From the human T2T-CHM13v2.0 reference genome, Homo sapiens, in assembly GCF_009914755.1 (NCBI RefSeq), contig NC_060932.1: DNA of 64,000 nucleotides. One strand, given 5' to 3'. Below are positions 1 to 12,311 of this stretch, piece by piece (positions within the stretch are counted from its first letter, which is position 1; the number at the start of each line of letters is the position of its first letter). A model generated the notes under the pieces. It was not told the DNA's origin. It saw only the letters and a list, made by a program, of their open reading frames with translations, and ran no database searches. A program made the translations under genes and the position numbers.

Positions 1-906
1 GTTCCAAAATTTGTTCTTATCCAGTTGAGTATGAAGACTGACCAGAAAATTTAAAATCCGCTCTAGCCGCCAAGACACTACAATGAAAACATGAAAATTT
101 AGAATACCGAGACTTACAGGAGTAACAGGGATAAACCATCCTTCTAAAACAAAGACTGTTTTGCATTTGCTTTTTGAGCTATGACATTTCTAAATAGTTC
201 CTTCTACTCAAGGCCCAGTATTTTAAATATGGACTACAAAGATATAATGATACATAATCAGAACAAAACCTCTGCACTACTTACGCAGTAGCAGTGACAG
301 AGAAGCACCGACTGATCCATCCACCAGCACACCTGTGGCTCCCATAACCAACAGCTAAACACCCATGTGCTTGGCAGTATAAATGTAGAAATCCCCTAAT
401 AACGTTAAGTCAAGGCCTTAACACAACCTTGGTTACTTAAAACACCACTTCCTAGCACAGATGCATCCAGGTCAGAGAAAATGCAAGCACTCACATTTTC
501 CATACTTCTATCACCAAATACATCTGCCACAGGATTACATGGCAGCAGGACTTACAAAGCTGGACATTTCTAGTGGTGTTTTCATTAACACAGAGGTCCC
601 TCAGAATTAAAAACCATACGAGCCTCAGGTGATAACATCCCCGTTAACCTGTTTCTCCTTTTCTTTATCCATATTTTCTAGTCTTTCCACAATAAATTTC
701 TACTGCTGTTATACAGGGAAAAAAGCAAAATCAAATAAATGAGCTTTTACTTATTATGTTCACAATATCTAGGGAAGTATAATTGACCAAAGAGAATCGC
801 AGGAGCTCAGAAATGGGTCAGTGCAAATGAACCACTGTTAAAAATAAATCTAAACCATATGAACCTAGGCAGCATACACATACCACCCTAAAAATAAATG
901 ACATGA

Positions 907-1212
907 GGCCGGGCAAGGTAGCTTTCTCCTCTAATCCACTTTGGGAGGACAAGGCAGGAGGATGGCTTGAGCCCATGACTTTGAGACAAGCCTGGGCAAC
1001 ATACTGAGACACCTATCTCTACAAAAAATGAAAGAAAAAAACAATTAGCCGGGCATCGTGGCACATGCCTGTAATCCCAGCTACTGGTGAGGTTGAGGTT
1101 GGATTGCTCGAGGTCAGGAGGTGGAGGATGCAGTGAGCCGAGATCGCACTACTGCACTCCAGGCTGGGTGACACAGCAAGGCCCTGTCTCAAAAAAAAGA
1201 AAACAAAAAAAC
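907..1212 (+). mobile_element. Alu (AluJ-like)
   Basis: Diverged dimeric Alu from GGCCGGGC to the A-rich tail. Confidence 0.9.
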
Positions 1213-1310
1213 ACTCAAATCCCAAATTTAGCATAGAATGCCTGGAAAATAAAGAGAATATATCATTATTCAGTAAATTATATGCCACTAGTTAAAAAAA
1301 AAAACAAAAA

Positions 1311-1349
1311 ATATATATATACATATATATGTATATATATATATATATA
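1311..1349. repeat. (TA)n microsatellite
   Basis: Interrupted TA run. Confidence 0.9.
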
Positions 1350-4029
1350 GCTTCAGAAACCTTAAATGATCTGTAGAAATAACCTGATAAACTAGCTACA
1401 GAGGCTAAATAGGTAGTACAGTTTACACAATTAACAGTGTGTATTTACAGCCCCCTTGCATCTAAAGGAATCAAAGAACATTCACTATATAATTACCTGG
1501 TATCCCACCACCACCTTCTTCTCTTGTTAAAGATTCTGACTTTTACCATTCATTCCATGTACTTGTTATTCAACAGAATTCTGACTGACATTTTTAATAT
1601 GCACGAATATATTGTTTCTGTTTATACATAAGTCTGAAAGCATTCATACCAAACTGTTAAAAAACCATTACCCCAGCAAACCATGAGGAGCAGACACAGA
1701 TGATGGGGGCCTGCTTGTTTAACTCCATTTAATTTAGTAATTTAAATCTTATTTCTGAATATACAATAATTTTTCAATAAAAAGATTAATAACCACATAC
1801 AATATTGTAAGCCACAACATTTCCTTCTAGATGACACAAAGGGATCTAAATTCATCCCCTGAATAGGTTTCCTACGTTAAATATACTAGCATAGGCCATA
1901 GATCCAGACACCAAACTCCAGATACCACGTATCATTTCTAAACACTGAACTGCTAACACATGCAGGGCTGACCCTTGCCCAGAGTGGACCATTGGTCATG
2001 GCAGCTGCTACCCATCACCACTACCATCCCAACTCTTCCAACTCGATTGTCAACTATGGCTTCTAGCAAATGTCTTCACATAACCCCACAGTTCTCTCCA
2101 TTCACTTACATACTAATCATCAGGTCAGAAAAGGAACCAAAAAGCCCATTTCAGCTTTCAAACTTTATTTTCCCCTACAAGAAAAGACCACCTACTTTTT
2201 ACTTTTCTTCCTTCAAAGTGTTGTCACAACGGTTGTAATAGTTAGAAACTAAATGCTCATTAGTAGGGAATATAGTTAAATCAATTATAATTGAAATACA
2301 ATCTATAGCTGTAGCTATCTATAATATACTCTGAGGCTGAAATTGTTTTTTTAAGAATGAAGTGGTTCTTTATCTCCTCATAGAGATATATGGTTATGTG
2401 AAAATCCAAGTGAAAAAAACAGCAGTGTACCTCATCTTTATGTAAGTGGAAAGAAAACTTATTTATATTTCATTGTACATACAAATAAAAAAATAGTTTC
2501 CATTATATCATTCCAGAGGTAAGTGACTACTTCCCATCCCAGGGGGGAAAATGGGAGGCTGAGGAAGATACATTTTCAGTTTATATAGTTTTTGTATCAC
2601 TTAAAATTTGCAACATGTGATATATTAACTATTTTTAAAGTCAGTGAATTATTTTAAGCTCACTTACAATTTGTATCTTCAAAGAAGTATTTATGATTAC
2701 TTTAATATTTTATAAAGCTAAGGGCAGGTAGACTACAAATGGATTAGTTTGAGAATCAGTCTCATTCCTTTATAAGCATGCATTTTAACATTCCAAAAAG
2801 AAAACGTCTCTTCCCATCACCAAGATATCCTACATTCAAAATTCTTAACAGAATTATATTTTTACTTTATAAAGCAAGAATTAATTACTTATTAGTTAGA
2901 TAAACTATAAACAATACAGGGCACAATGGCAGATATAAGAAAAAACTGTAACTTCTGCATGATAACCATTAACATCGATAGATTATTTTTAAAAAGTCTG
3001 AAATTTCATATGAACTCTTCAGCAATGTAAGAATTATGTATAATCTGTGTGAGGGCATTTCAGCTGATTGTACAGCTGGAGCTTCCTGATATCACCAAAA
3101 GGAAGAAAACAATACTAAAGTATAGACAGAGTTGTACTCCATCTTTCACATCTATGCAAGCTTAAAGAAACTGTAAGATCAGAGAGTTTATGAGAATATT
3201 GCAGCTCATTAGAAAACTTGTCTGACTCAACAGCATGGAAAATAATTCAAATACTAAATCATTAATTTTTTTAAAAATTTATATACAGTACCAAGAAAGG
3301 ATATGTGCACATGGAAAGACAAAACTGATTTGTCTTAAATAAACAATATAATTACCTTATAATCTGAAAACAATTCATGATAGCCTACAACAAGAAATTT
3401 AGTTCTGTTGTGGACACACACAATTAAAAACTCAAACAAGCTAGTGTGTGTGACAGAGAGAGAGAAACTAAAATCAAATATACTGCTTAAATACCAATGA
3501 AAGGGGTAGTTTACCAGTGATCATTTTCATACTTATTTACCCATACTTCCTGAGCACCCACTGGAAGACACAAGGAACAGTAAGACATAGTTTGTGCTTC
3601 AAGCATCTTATATAATCCAATTACAACTGTTAGAGTACTCAAAACAAATTTAGAGTACAAAGTATCATCACAGGTTAAACAGCTGTATGAATGTGCAGGA
3701 GATTTTACTACTGTACTACACAGACTGGGAGGTGGGGGCTCTAGGGAAATACGGTGTATGCTGTATAAACTAGACTTTTACATGGAAGACTTCTAAAGGC
3801 AGAGATGGGAGAAAGAAAAAAATTCCAAGAAATGGAAATGCATAAGAAATCAAAAAAGTAAAGTAAAACTGAAGTTTACATTCTTTTTGGAACAGCTGCT
3901 GGGACAGAAAGAATGTAACTTAATATTTTAAACTAAAACAAGAAATAAGTTTTGAAAGGGGCACTGAAGTCAAATAATGCAGTTTTGAAAGGCAACACTG
4001 AGGAACTCGGGCTTTCTTCCAGAGTGGAT

Positions 4030-4240
4030 CAGGAGCCACTCAGCAGAGGCACAGTGGTCAAGAACACAGACTTGGAAGAAGACATGGTTGGGATTCAAAT
4101 CCCAGAGCTCTTCTACCTACTAACAACTCCTTCAAGATCATGAAGTTCCAATTTCTTCACCTGTAGAATGGGGATAATATAAATTATAATGACCACATGA
4201 GAACAAAGGATTCAGCACACTGACTGACATAAACACCCAA
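4030..4240 (+). mobile_element. MIR SINE (degenerate)
   Basis: cagtggtcaagaacacagact...ggattcaaatcccag...tttcttcacctgtagaatggggataata resembles the MIR core. Confidence 0.65.
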
Positions 4241-5570
4241 GTGGGTTTGTTTTGTTTGCTTGTCATCAGGCAGGGAACATGATCAGGACTACATTTAGGA
4301 CAATTAATAAGCAGTATTCACAATGAATGACAAACCTAGAGATTAATGTCTCTTGCTGTGTATATGGCTGCTGGAAGAACTGAAGAAAGATAGAAGAAAT
4401 CAGGAACCACAATGCAGTAAGATGACAAAAAAAAAAAAATTCTAAGAAAAGGAGAGAGAGAAGAACCAAGGATGACCTTTTGATTTTGAGTCTAGATGAC
4501 TAAGAAAATGCAAAGGTCATTAATATAAACAAGCAAGAAGAATCAGGCTTGCAAAAAAAGTTTAATTCTGAATCTACTGATTCAAGATTACAAAATGACA
4601 GCTACTAAGTTGATCAGGGAGAACAACATTGGCAAATCTGAAGCTTGGGAATGAAAATAAGGCTGATGATACAGAAGTGGAAGCCTGAGCAAAGAGGGTG
4701 AGGGGAATGAGCAGTTGAAACCACGGATCTGTGTGGGATTGCCAAAGAAGAGAACAAACTCTAAAAAGGAAAAGAACTAAACCTAAGGTAACACCTACAG
4801 GCAACATCTATCTATACTTCAGGAAGTGAGAGAGAAAAACAAACAAAGGCCCCAAGAAGGGAGAGTTGGAGATGCCAGTTTGTGAAAGTCACCAAGACAG
4901 ACCTTCACAGCATTTCACATTCTACAGCTCTTTCAATGCTCATTATAACTTTAGATTATAAACTGAACTGACTTCATCAATTGATAACATGATTATCATT
5001 AAAGGTTTTTAAGAGCCTGCAAGTTACTGAAGAGTGCTCAGTAGAAAACACAGAAGAGTGTTTTATGCAAATTAGTTTTTAAACTCCAAGAATATTTTAA
5101 GCTCTAGAAATCATACCTGATGCATGTCTTGTATCAAGACATAAAGTTGAGTTATTTCTGGCTACCCGTGCATAATGTTCCAAAAAGGATTTTCAGGTTA
5201 AACTGGAAAATATGCTATGTCTTCCCATCAGCAATACCTCTCATTAATTTTTGAGAATACACATACACATAGTGTTTGATTCACAATCCTTCCCCACTTC
5301 AACAGCTGAAAAAATCTTACCATATTCTAAAAACGTCTTTAGGGGGCTGAAATATTTCTGTGTCACCTAATTATAAAACCCACTCACATCCAACATCCAA
5401 TGTTAAGTTGACCGAGAGATAATCAATGGCAGATACGCCATTTAGGTATGAATCCAATTATCATCCTTAACAATTGCCAGTAAAATGTCAAAGCTTTTCC
5501 TGTATTTTTGGTTTCTTCTCAAATACAGATTACAACTGACCATACTTTATTAATGTTAGTATTTGTCCCA

Positions 5571-5908
<338 letters not shown>

Positions 5909-8566
5909 TAGTGGAAAATGAAAAAAGATTAATAAACCATATTATGACACCCTATTGTCTGTCATTATGCATTTTAAGTGACTACCAAATATTTTAAAAT
6001 ACCAATAATTACATAAGTAAATTTTAATCCTTTTAGACTTTTTTAGGGCCCTCTTGGTATTCTTTCCAGCACATTAATTTACAAAAAAGTTCAACTACGT
6101 TCATAAAAATGTTTACTGATATGAGACTATCCTTCCGAGTTTGTAAGCAATACGCAGCTGTGAGAGCTACAATTTACAATAACATCCCAATTTACCATGG
6201 CACCCAGCAGTGTCTAAAGTAACACAAATCCCCATCTTCTTGGTTAACAGCATAAGATCAAGGAGTTTAAAATTTTAGTAATATGCCACCAGAAACCTCA
6301 TCTAAAAAAATACCATTATAGTTTCACACTATATTCTCTAGACTATTTTAAATGCATGTGATTACATTCATGTAGTTATTCTGTAAGGAACATTTCAAAG
6401 AAAGCAGAAAAAACCGTAAGGACAACAATTTTTCGTTCATAGGAGGTAAAACAAGAGCAGAAATCACAGGTTCTTGGATTAAGCACTCCTGAATATAAAC
6501 ACGCACTATTACAAAAAAAAAAAAAAAAGCAATGGGATCTTGAGCAGTTCTTTTACTCAAAGCCTCTATTTATTACTCTATAGAATGAGAAGAATGTCAT
6601 TTATGTTGTTATGAGAAATATATGAGCATATTATTAACAAAAATAACTAAAATGTCATGGATTTTTTTATTCCTTTCGAGCACAGTTTCCAAATCATAAA
6701 ATACTACACAATTTGGCTTAAAATTTCAGGCTATGCATGTTTAGAACCAGACGTTGTTCGTGATTATCTTCCTCAGTTGTTCTTTCCCTGGAAGCTAGCA
6801 CCAAGATGAACACAGTACATTTTTAATAAATACAAGCTAGTGATTAAATCAACAAAGCCTCCAGCTCTTCTGCACACAGAAATACAGTATGCAATGGGAA
6901 TTTCCTAGCTTTCTGTCTTACTTAATAGTAGGCAGTGTAGTATCACCCCTCCACTTCCAGTTTACTCCCTATAGCTTACTTACCAAAATATTTAATCCCT
7001 GTTGCTTTTTTTTTCTTGTCTCAGGCTAGGGCCACTAGCTTTCTATCTTTCCTACCTTACCTTTCCTTCACATATTAGCTACTTCATGTTAAAGAAATTA
7101 CAAGTGTTCAACTGACCATATGGAATTAAAATTTACTTAGAAAAAAATGAAATAAAAAAAACCAAAAAGTAAACTAATTCAGCAACTTTATGTTTTATGG
7201 AGTCATCTAGCCTCATGTAAACTACCATTAAGCAATACGTAAACATATTAATCTGCTTAATACGAAAGTAATGTCGTCTGGCCGCAGACATTCTGAAAGT
7301 TTTGCCACATTGTTTCAAAATATTGGCTTGTAGCCCTTTTCAAAGCTACTGATTATTGAAAACTTGGCGACCATGTTTAACAATGAAGAAAAGGCTTCCC
7401 CGAGCCTACGTAGATTGGATTCTCTAATACATAGTAATAATGTTTTTTAAAATAATGAGGTGTGTAATAAAATGGAGGAATATCCATGATGCGTTGTTGG
7501 CTAATAAAACGATATACTGTACTATATATGATCCCAATCTTGTTTCTAAAGCACACTCATTAAATGCACAGAAAAAAAAAATCCTGAATAACTACCCACC
7601 ACACTTGGAGACCGGCTACCCTGGGTAGTAAGAAGGAGAAATATGGGGGGAAGGGCGCGAGAGAGGGCAGGTTTCCTCATTGTTTGGCTGCTTCATGTTT
7701 TTCTCAAGGAGCACGCAGTACTTTTGTAATTAAAAAAATAAATAGGGGAAAAACACTGCTAAAAGCATACTTTTTTCCTCCGTAGCAAATTCTTCTGATT
7801 TGTGATTTGTAATGTTAAAAATATATCTCTGGTTTCTCGATTCTAAAAAGAGGACACACGAAAACAAAATTATAGAAGTTCCAAAAAATCTTGGATTTGC
7901 AAAATTACTCCCTCGGGTTCTGCCCGTGGGTCCTCCCCATGCCGGTGTCTGAAATTCCCCAAGCAAAACGCGGGCACTGCACTTCCCCGGAACGGTAGTA
8001 GACGCTCAAAAACACAAAAAGAGGCCTTGGCGCCTGCTATAACCTCTCAGTCCCCTCCCAGCCCCCGAGACTTCCCCGAGTCTACGTAGACTGGATTCTC
8101 TTCCTCCAAAACCAAAACAGAAGTCACTGGGCGGATCCAAAACGGCCCTAAGGGGCCCGCGGGCATCTCAAGACGCCAGCCTCGGGACTCTGGTCCCCAA
8201 GCCCAGGTCAGAGCCGAGGACGAGCCGAGGACGGGCCGAGGACGCGGCGCCCCGGCCTCCCTCGGGCCCCCGACCTCCCCGGCCCCAGGCACCCCGGCTC
8301 CCGACCTCCAGGCTTCGCTGGGCCCCTTTCGACTCCCCGACCTCCCAAGTCCTCCGCCCCCGGCCCGTCCTTCCCCCAACCTGCCCCGCAGCGCCTCAGT
8401 TTCCTGGCCCCCGACCTGTCCGCCCTTAAGTCCCCCTGCCCCCGACTCTTCGGCTGCCGTCCCCCTGGCCCTCTGGCCTCCAAGCGCATCCCAGTCGCCC
8501 GCCCGGCCCTAGCACGCGGGACTCGCACACCCCACGACCCCGAGCCCCCACTGGCGGCGGCGTTAC

Positions 8567-8748
8567 CTGTGGCGCGGGCAGCGGCGCGCAGGCCAGGCGC
8601 TAGGACTCGGCGGGGTCCGCAGCAGCCAGACGCCGCTACCACCACAATAACAACACGGACGCCACCGCCGAGTGGAGAGGCGGGGCCCGGACCCGCGACT
8701 GGAGCAGCCAGAGCCTCCCGGACTCCGGAGCCGCCGGGGTCCGGGCAT
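8567..8748 (-). CDS. PCMTD1: Alternative N-terminal coding segment MPGPRRLRSPGGSGCSSRGSGPRLSTRRWRPCCYCGGSGVWLLRTPPSPSAWPARRCPRH(R) of a short isoform of protein-L-isoaspartate O-methyltransferase domain-containing protein 1
   Basis: ATG at 8748-8746 stays open for 182 nt (60 codons + 2 nt, phase 2) to the donor. It is the tail of ORF 8563..9045(-). Matches my recollection of an alternative PCMTD1 isoform N-terminus. Confidence 0.6.
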
Positions 8749-8820
8749 GCGCAGAGAGCCACGGGCACAGGGGCAGCTCCCCGCGGACGCCAAAGTCAAC
8801 AAGGCCGGGAGACGCCCCCA
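8567..8820 (-). other. PCMTD1: First exon (5' UTR in the main isoform); TSS position approximate
   Basis: Strong donor ACAG|GTAACG at 8567/8566 inside the CpG island, followed by a G-rich intron start. Identity is from recall of the exon-encoded peptide, not from a search. Confidence 0.75.
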
Positions 8821-8899
8821 TCTGGCCCCGCCCCTCTCAGGGCTCGCTCCGCCCCCAAGCCCAAACAACGCGAGGCCTTGACAGGCCAGAAGACGATGG

Positions 8900-9483
8900 C
8901 GGTAGGGGAGATCACGCGAGAGCATGGCCTCCACCTCTCCTCCCCACCGCCATCTCCACGTTCTCGCACCGGCGCTGGGGTGCAGGCTTTGAGTGGTCTC
9001 AGGGCTACGGCTTGTCGGTGCCTCGCCGCACAGTCCCCTTTGCATTGAAGGACACGGTCTTACGGTGTAGGAGCATTTTTGAGGTGCATTCCTGGATTTG
9101 GAGGCGAACCCCCAATGGTTACCTCCACAGAGGCTTTGCGAAGGGCGCTCACTGACTTAGGTGAAGAGCGAAGGCTCAAGACTGTGCCGCTTTATAGTGG
9201 CCCCTTGACGTCCAGAAGTTCCCCCCAGCGCCGGTCATAAGCACTCCCGCCGCCTGGGCCCCGCCCTGCCTGCCAGGCGCCCTCCAGCCTCAGCTCCCGG
9301 ACGCCCGGCGTGGCCGCTTTCTCGCGTCTTGCTGACCCGGGCCGGGGGCGTGTGCTCCTCCTGCAGCGGACGGAAGATGCTGGGCCACGCAAGTTTCCCT
9401 GGGCTTGGTTAACCACCCCGAAGCCCATTTCCAGAAGGAAAGGGTGTTGAGGAGGAGGGATAGAAAGTCGAGAAGAGGGCCGG
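8900..9483 (+). ncRNA. PCMTD1-DT: Candidate first exon of a divergent lncRNA (PCMTD1-DT-like); 5' end approximate
   Basis: Plus-oriented YY1 core at 8895, CpG island extending rightwards, consensus donor CGG|GTGAGT at 9483/9484. I recall a divergent transcript being annotated at this gene; the exon structure is my inference. Confidence 0.4.
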
Positions 9484-9759
9484 GTGAGTGGCTCACGCCT
9501 GTCATCCCAGCACTTTGGGAGGCCGAGACAGGCGGATCACCTGAGGTCAGGACTTAGAGACCAGCCTGGCCTACATGGTGAAACCCCGTCTCTACTAAAA
9601 ATACAAAAATTAGCCGGGTGTGGTGCCGTGCGCCTGTAGTCCCAGCAACTCGGGAGGCTGAGGTAGGAGAATCGCTTGAACCCGGGAGTCGGAGGTTGCA
9701 GTGCTGAGATGGCACCTGGCCTGGGCGGCAAGAGCGAAACTCCATCTCAAAAAAAAAAA
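9478..9759 (+). mobile_element. AluS with a small right-arm deletion, bordering the CpG island
   Basis: Dimeric Alu; AGAAGAG on both flanks as TSD. Confidence 0.93.
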
Positions 9760-9975
9760 GAAGAGGAAATGAGGCATAGGGGCAGGCGAGCCGGGAAAAT
9801 ATTGCTACTAAGGATCCTAAGCAGTGAACATGCTGTTAATACTTGTAAGACTCCTAGCAAACTGCATTTAATTTTTTAAATTAGTTTTAGTGTACATAAA
9901 GGCATGTCTTTTCCAAATACTGTACTTTTTGAAGTGTTCTTTGTTGTTCATTAATCTTTGTGCGTTTCCCTTCAG

Positions 9976-10083
9976 TCTCTAATAGTAGGTTGTAGCATGA
10001 TTTGCTTCCATCGTGTGAATTCTGTTCGGTTTTGATTTTCAAGTATGAGAGTGAGCGTAAGCTACCCTTATAGGTTACCTAAG
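9976..10083 (+). ncRNA. Candidate internal exon of the divergent lncRNA
   Basis: Acceptor tgcgtttcccttCAG| (9975) and donor AAG|GTAAGT (10083/10084) define a 108-nt exon. Confidence 0.35.
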
Positions 10084-10897
10084 GTAAGTTAGAATTAGAA
10101 CGTCTTTATGCTAGGGTTACTACTCCCCACCATAACCAACCATCTGCAAAAGCGTTCAGAAAGAACATGCTAGCAAGGTCAAAAGCTTCAAATCACGAAA
10201 TAAGAACTTGAAAACGAGCAAAATTGCTGCTGAGGCGCTCTGCCATTTAACTCAAAGGCTTCACTTTATTTAGGTTTAAAGTATGAGTGCATATTCAGTG
10301 GACATTGAGCTCCGAACTGTTCAAAATCTCTATTCATCTGCATTCTGGAGTAGAGCTGCGGGTCACATTATTAGCTCCATCTTTGGATTTCTGCCTGGAC
10401 CCAGGGCACTCCTAACCGTTGTGGGATCATATAACAATCTTACAGGATGAATTTTCTGTTAGTCCAAGCAGAAATTTTGGCACATGAAAACTATCTTACC
10501 ATAAACAAACAAAAAAAGTACAAATGGTAATCTAAGGAAAATAGCTAAAATCATTAAACAACTCTTACAGCCGTTTCCCCTGTTTTCTCTCCATTTTTTA
10601 AAAGCATATTTTCCTTTACTTTCTTCCTTCTGCTATGGGAATTTTTCAGGGTTCTAGACCTTTTTTCTCTTCTGCGGCTGGAAAGTTAAACACAGGTCAT
10701 TTTTTAAATAAGACTGCTAGTAAATACCTTCTTAATAAACAACACCAAATGCTAGTCTTGTGGGTGAGTAGTTGAACAGCAAGTAAAGCACTCTATCACC
10801 TGTAATTTTCCTGTGGTAGGCACACCCCATCTCTACCTTCACGTAATTTCTGATTATGCCTCCATACCTTACACATATAATTCATTTGTGGGTGGGG

Positions 10898-11173
10898 GCG
10901 ACAGAGTCTTTTGCTCTTTTGCCCAGGCTGGAGTGCAGTGGCAACCTCTGCTCACTGCAACCTCCACCTCCCGGCTTCAAGCAGTTCTGCCTCAGCCTCC
11001 CAAGTAGCTAGGATCACAGGAGCGCACCACCACCCCCTGCTAATTTTTGTATTTTTAGTAGAGATGGGGTTTCCCCTGTTGGCTAGGCTGGCCTCAAACT
11101 CCGATCTCAAGTGATCCACCCGCCTCGGCCTCCCAAAGTGTTGGGATTACAGGCATGAGCCACCACGTCTGGC
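10898..11173 (-). mobile_element. AluS
   Basis: Antisense Alu body. Confidence 0.9.
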
Positions 11174-12090
11174 TATAATTCACTTCTTGTGTGTGACTTC
11201 CTACTAATTTGTAATCATGAAAGTTGGGCACATACCCAGTATGCTCACTATTTCTCTGCAGGGCCTGATACAGTGGCTGCTACAACACTGATACTCTGCA
11301 TTTGTTGAATGAGTAATTTAAATTTTAAATTATCATCTAGAATCATTTAGAGATTTATTTAGACTTTGATAAATTTAGATAACCCACACACAGTTTATTC
11401 CTAGAGTTCTTGATACATTGTTACAGTAAGTTTGGTCCTGGCAACAGCAATAACACTTACTGTAATAACTTAATTCTTCATACGAGGTTGCTTCACTTTT
11501 ATTATTAAGCAGAAAATACCCAAAGTAAAATTGAGCTATTTGGGACTCCTTTCAGAATACTGTGTAGGCTGAAGCATTGTTGTATCAGAAGTGCTCTGTT
11601 ATTTGAATGCATAAGGTATTCAACAAACAAATGCTTATTAAATTAAATGGTATTCAGCATACAGCTACTGTCACCGTGCTAGGAGTTCACATTTTTCATA
11701 TGCGTGGCAGTTAGCACTGGTGCATGTTTCCTTCAGCCTCAGAAATGGAGGTGTCTGCGTGTTGCCCAGATCTACCTTGAAAACTCTAGTTGCTTCCTAA
11801 CACCTAGGTTGTATAGTGGGACTTGATTATGTTTTATAAAGCCAAGTCTGGTCTGTGAGGACTGAAAGGATTTCCTCATCTTAACTCTAATTTGGCCTGC
11901 AATGTCTGGGGAAAACCCAAAACTAAAATGTAACTAAATGTGGAACTGTTTTTTTCTGCAGTTTGATTTCCTTGTACCATTTTCAGTACAGTTAAATTCA
12001 TCACCTCCCCTACCTCACCATCCCCCTCCCCCTGCAAAAAAAAAAAAAGCAAAAACAGAAGTATTTTCTCTCTTAAAGAGAATTGTCATT

Positions 12091-12311
12091 GGCCAGGCAC
12101 AGTGGCTCACGACTATAGTCCCAGCCCTATAGGAAGCAGAGGTGGGAGAATCATTTGAGCTCAGAAGTTGCAAGATTTCAAGATCAGCCTGAGCAACATA
12201 GTGAGACCTCATCTCTGCAAAAAATTTAAAAATTACCTGAGTGTGGTGATGCATGCCTGTAGTCCCAGCTATTCCAGAAGCTGAGATGGGAGGATTACTT
12301 GAGCCCAGGAG
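12091..12311 (+). mobile_element. AluJ, 3'-truncated
   Basis: Left arm plus part of the right arm, ending abruptly. Confidence 0.85.

Larger units (their letters stand above)
7960..9480. promoter_or_regulatory. CpG-island promoter, probably bidirectional
   Basis: Sharp rise in GC and CpG density. GC boxes GGCCCCGCCCC (8824-8834) and CTCCGCCCC (~8847); NRF1-like GCATGCGCA (8745-8753); YY1 cores GATGGCGG (8895-8902) and CCGCCATC (8947-8954); BANP/ZBTB33-like TCACGCGAGA (8912-8921). Confidence 0.92.

Noticed and set aside
8047-9505. Overlapping 60-186 aa ORFs in the CpG island other than 8748-8567
   Set aside because: Expected from stop-codon scarcity in GC-rich DNA; low-complexity G/R/P/A composition and no recognisable domain.
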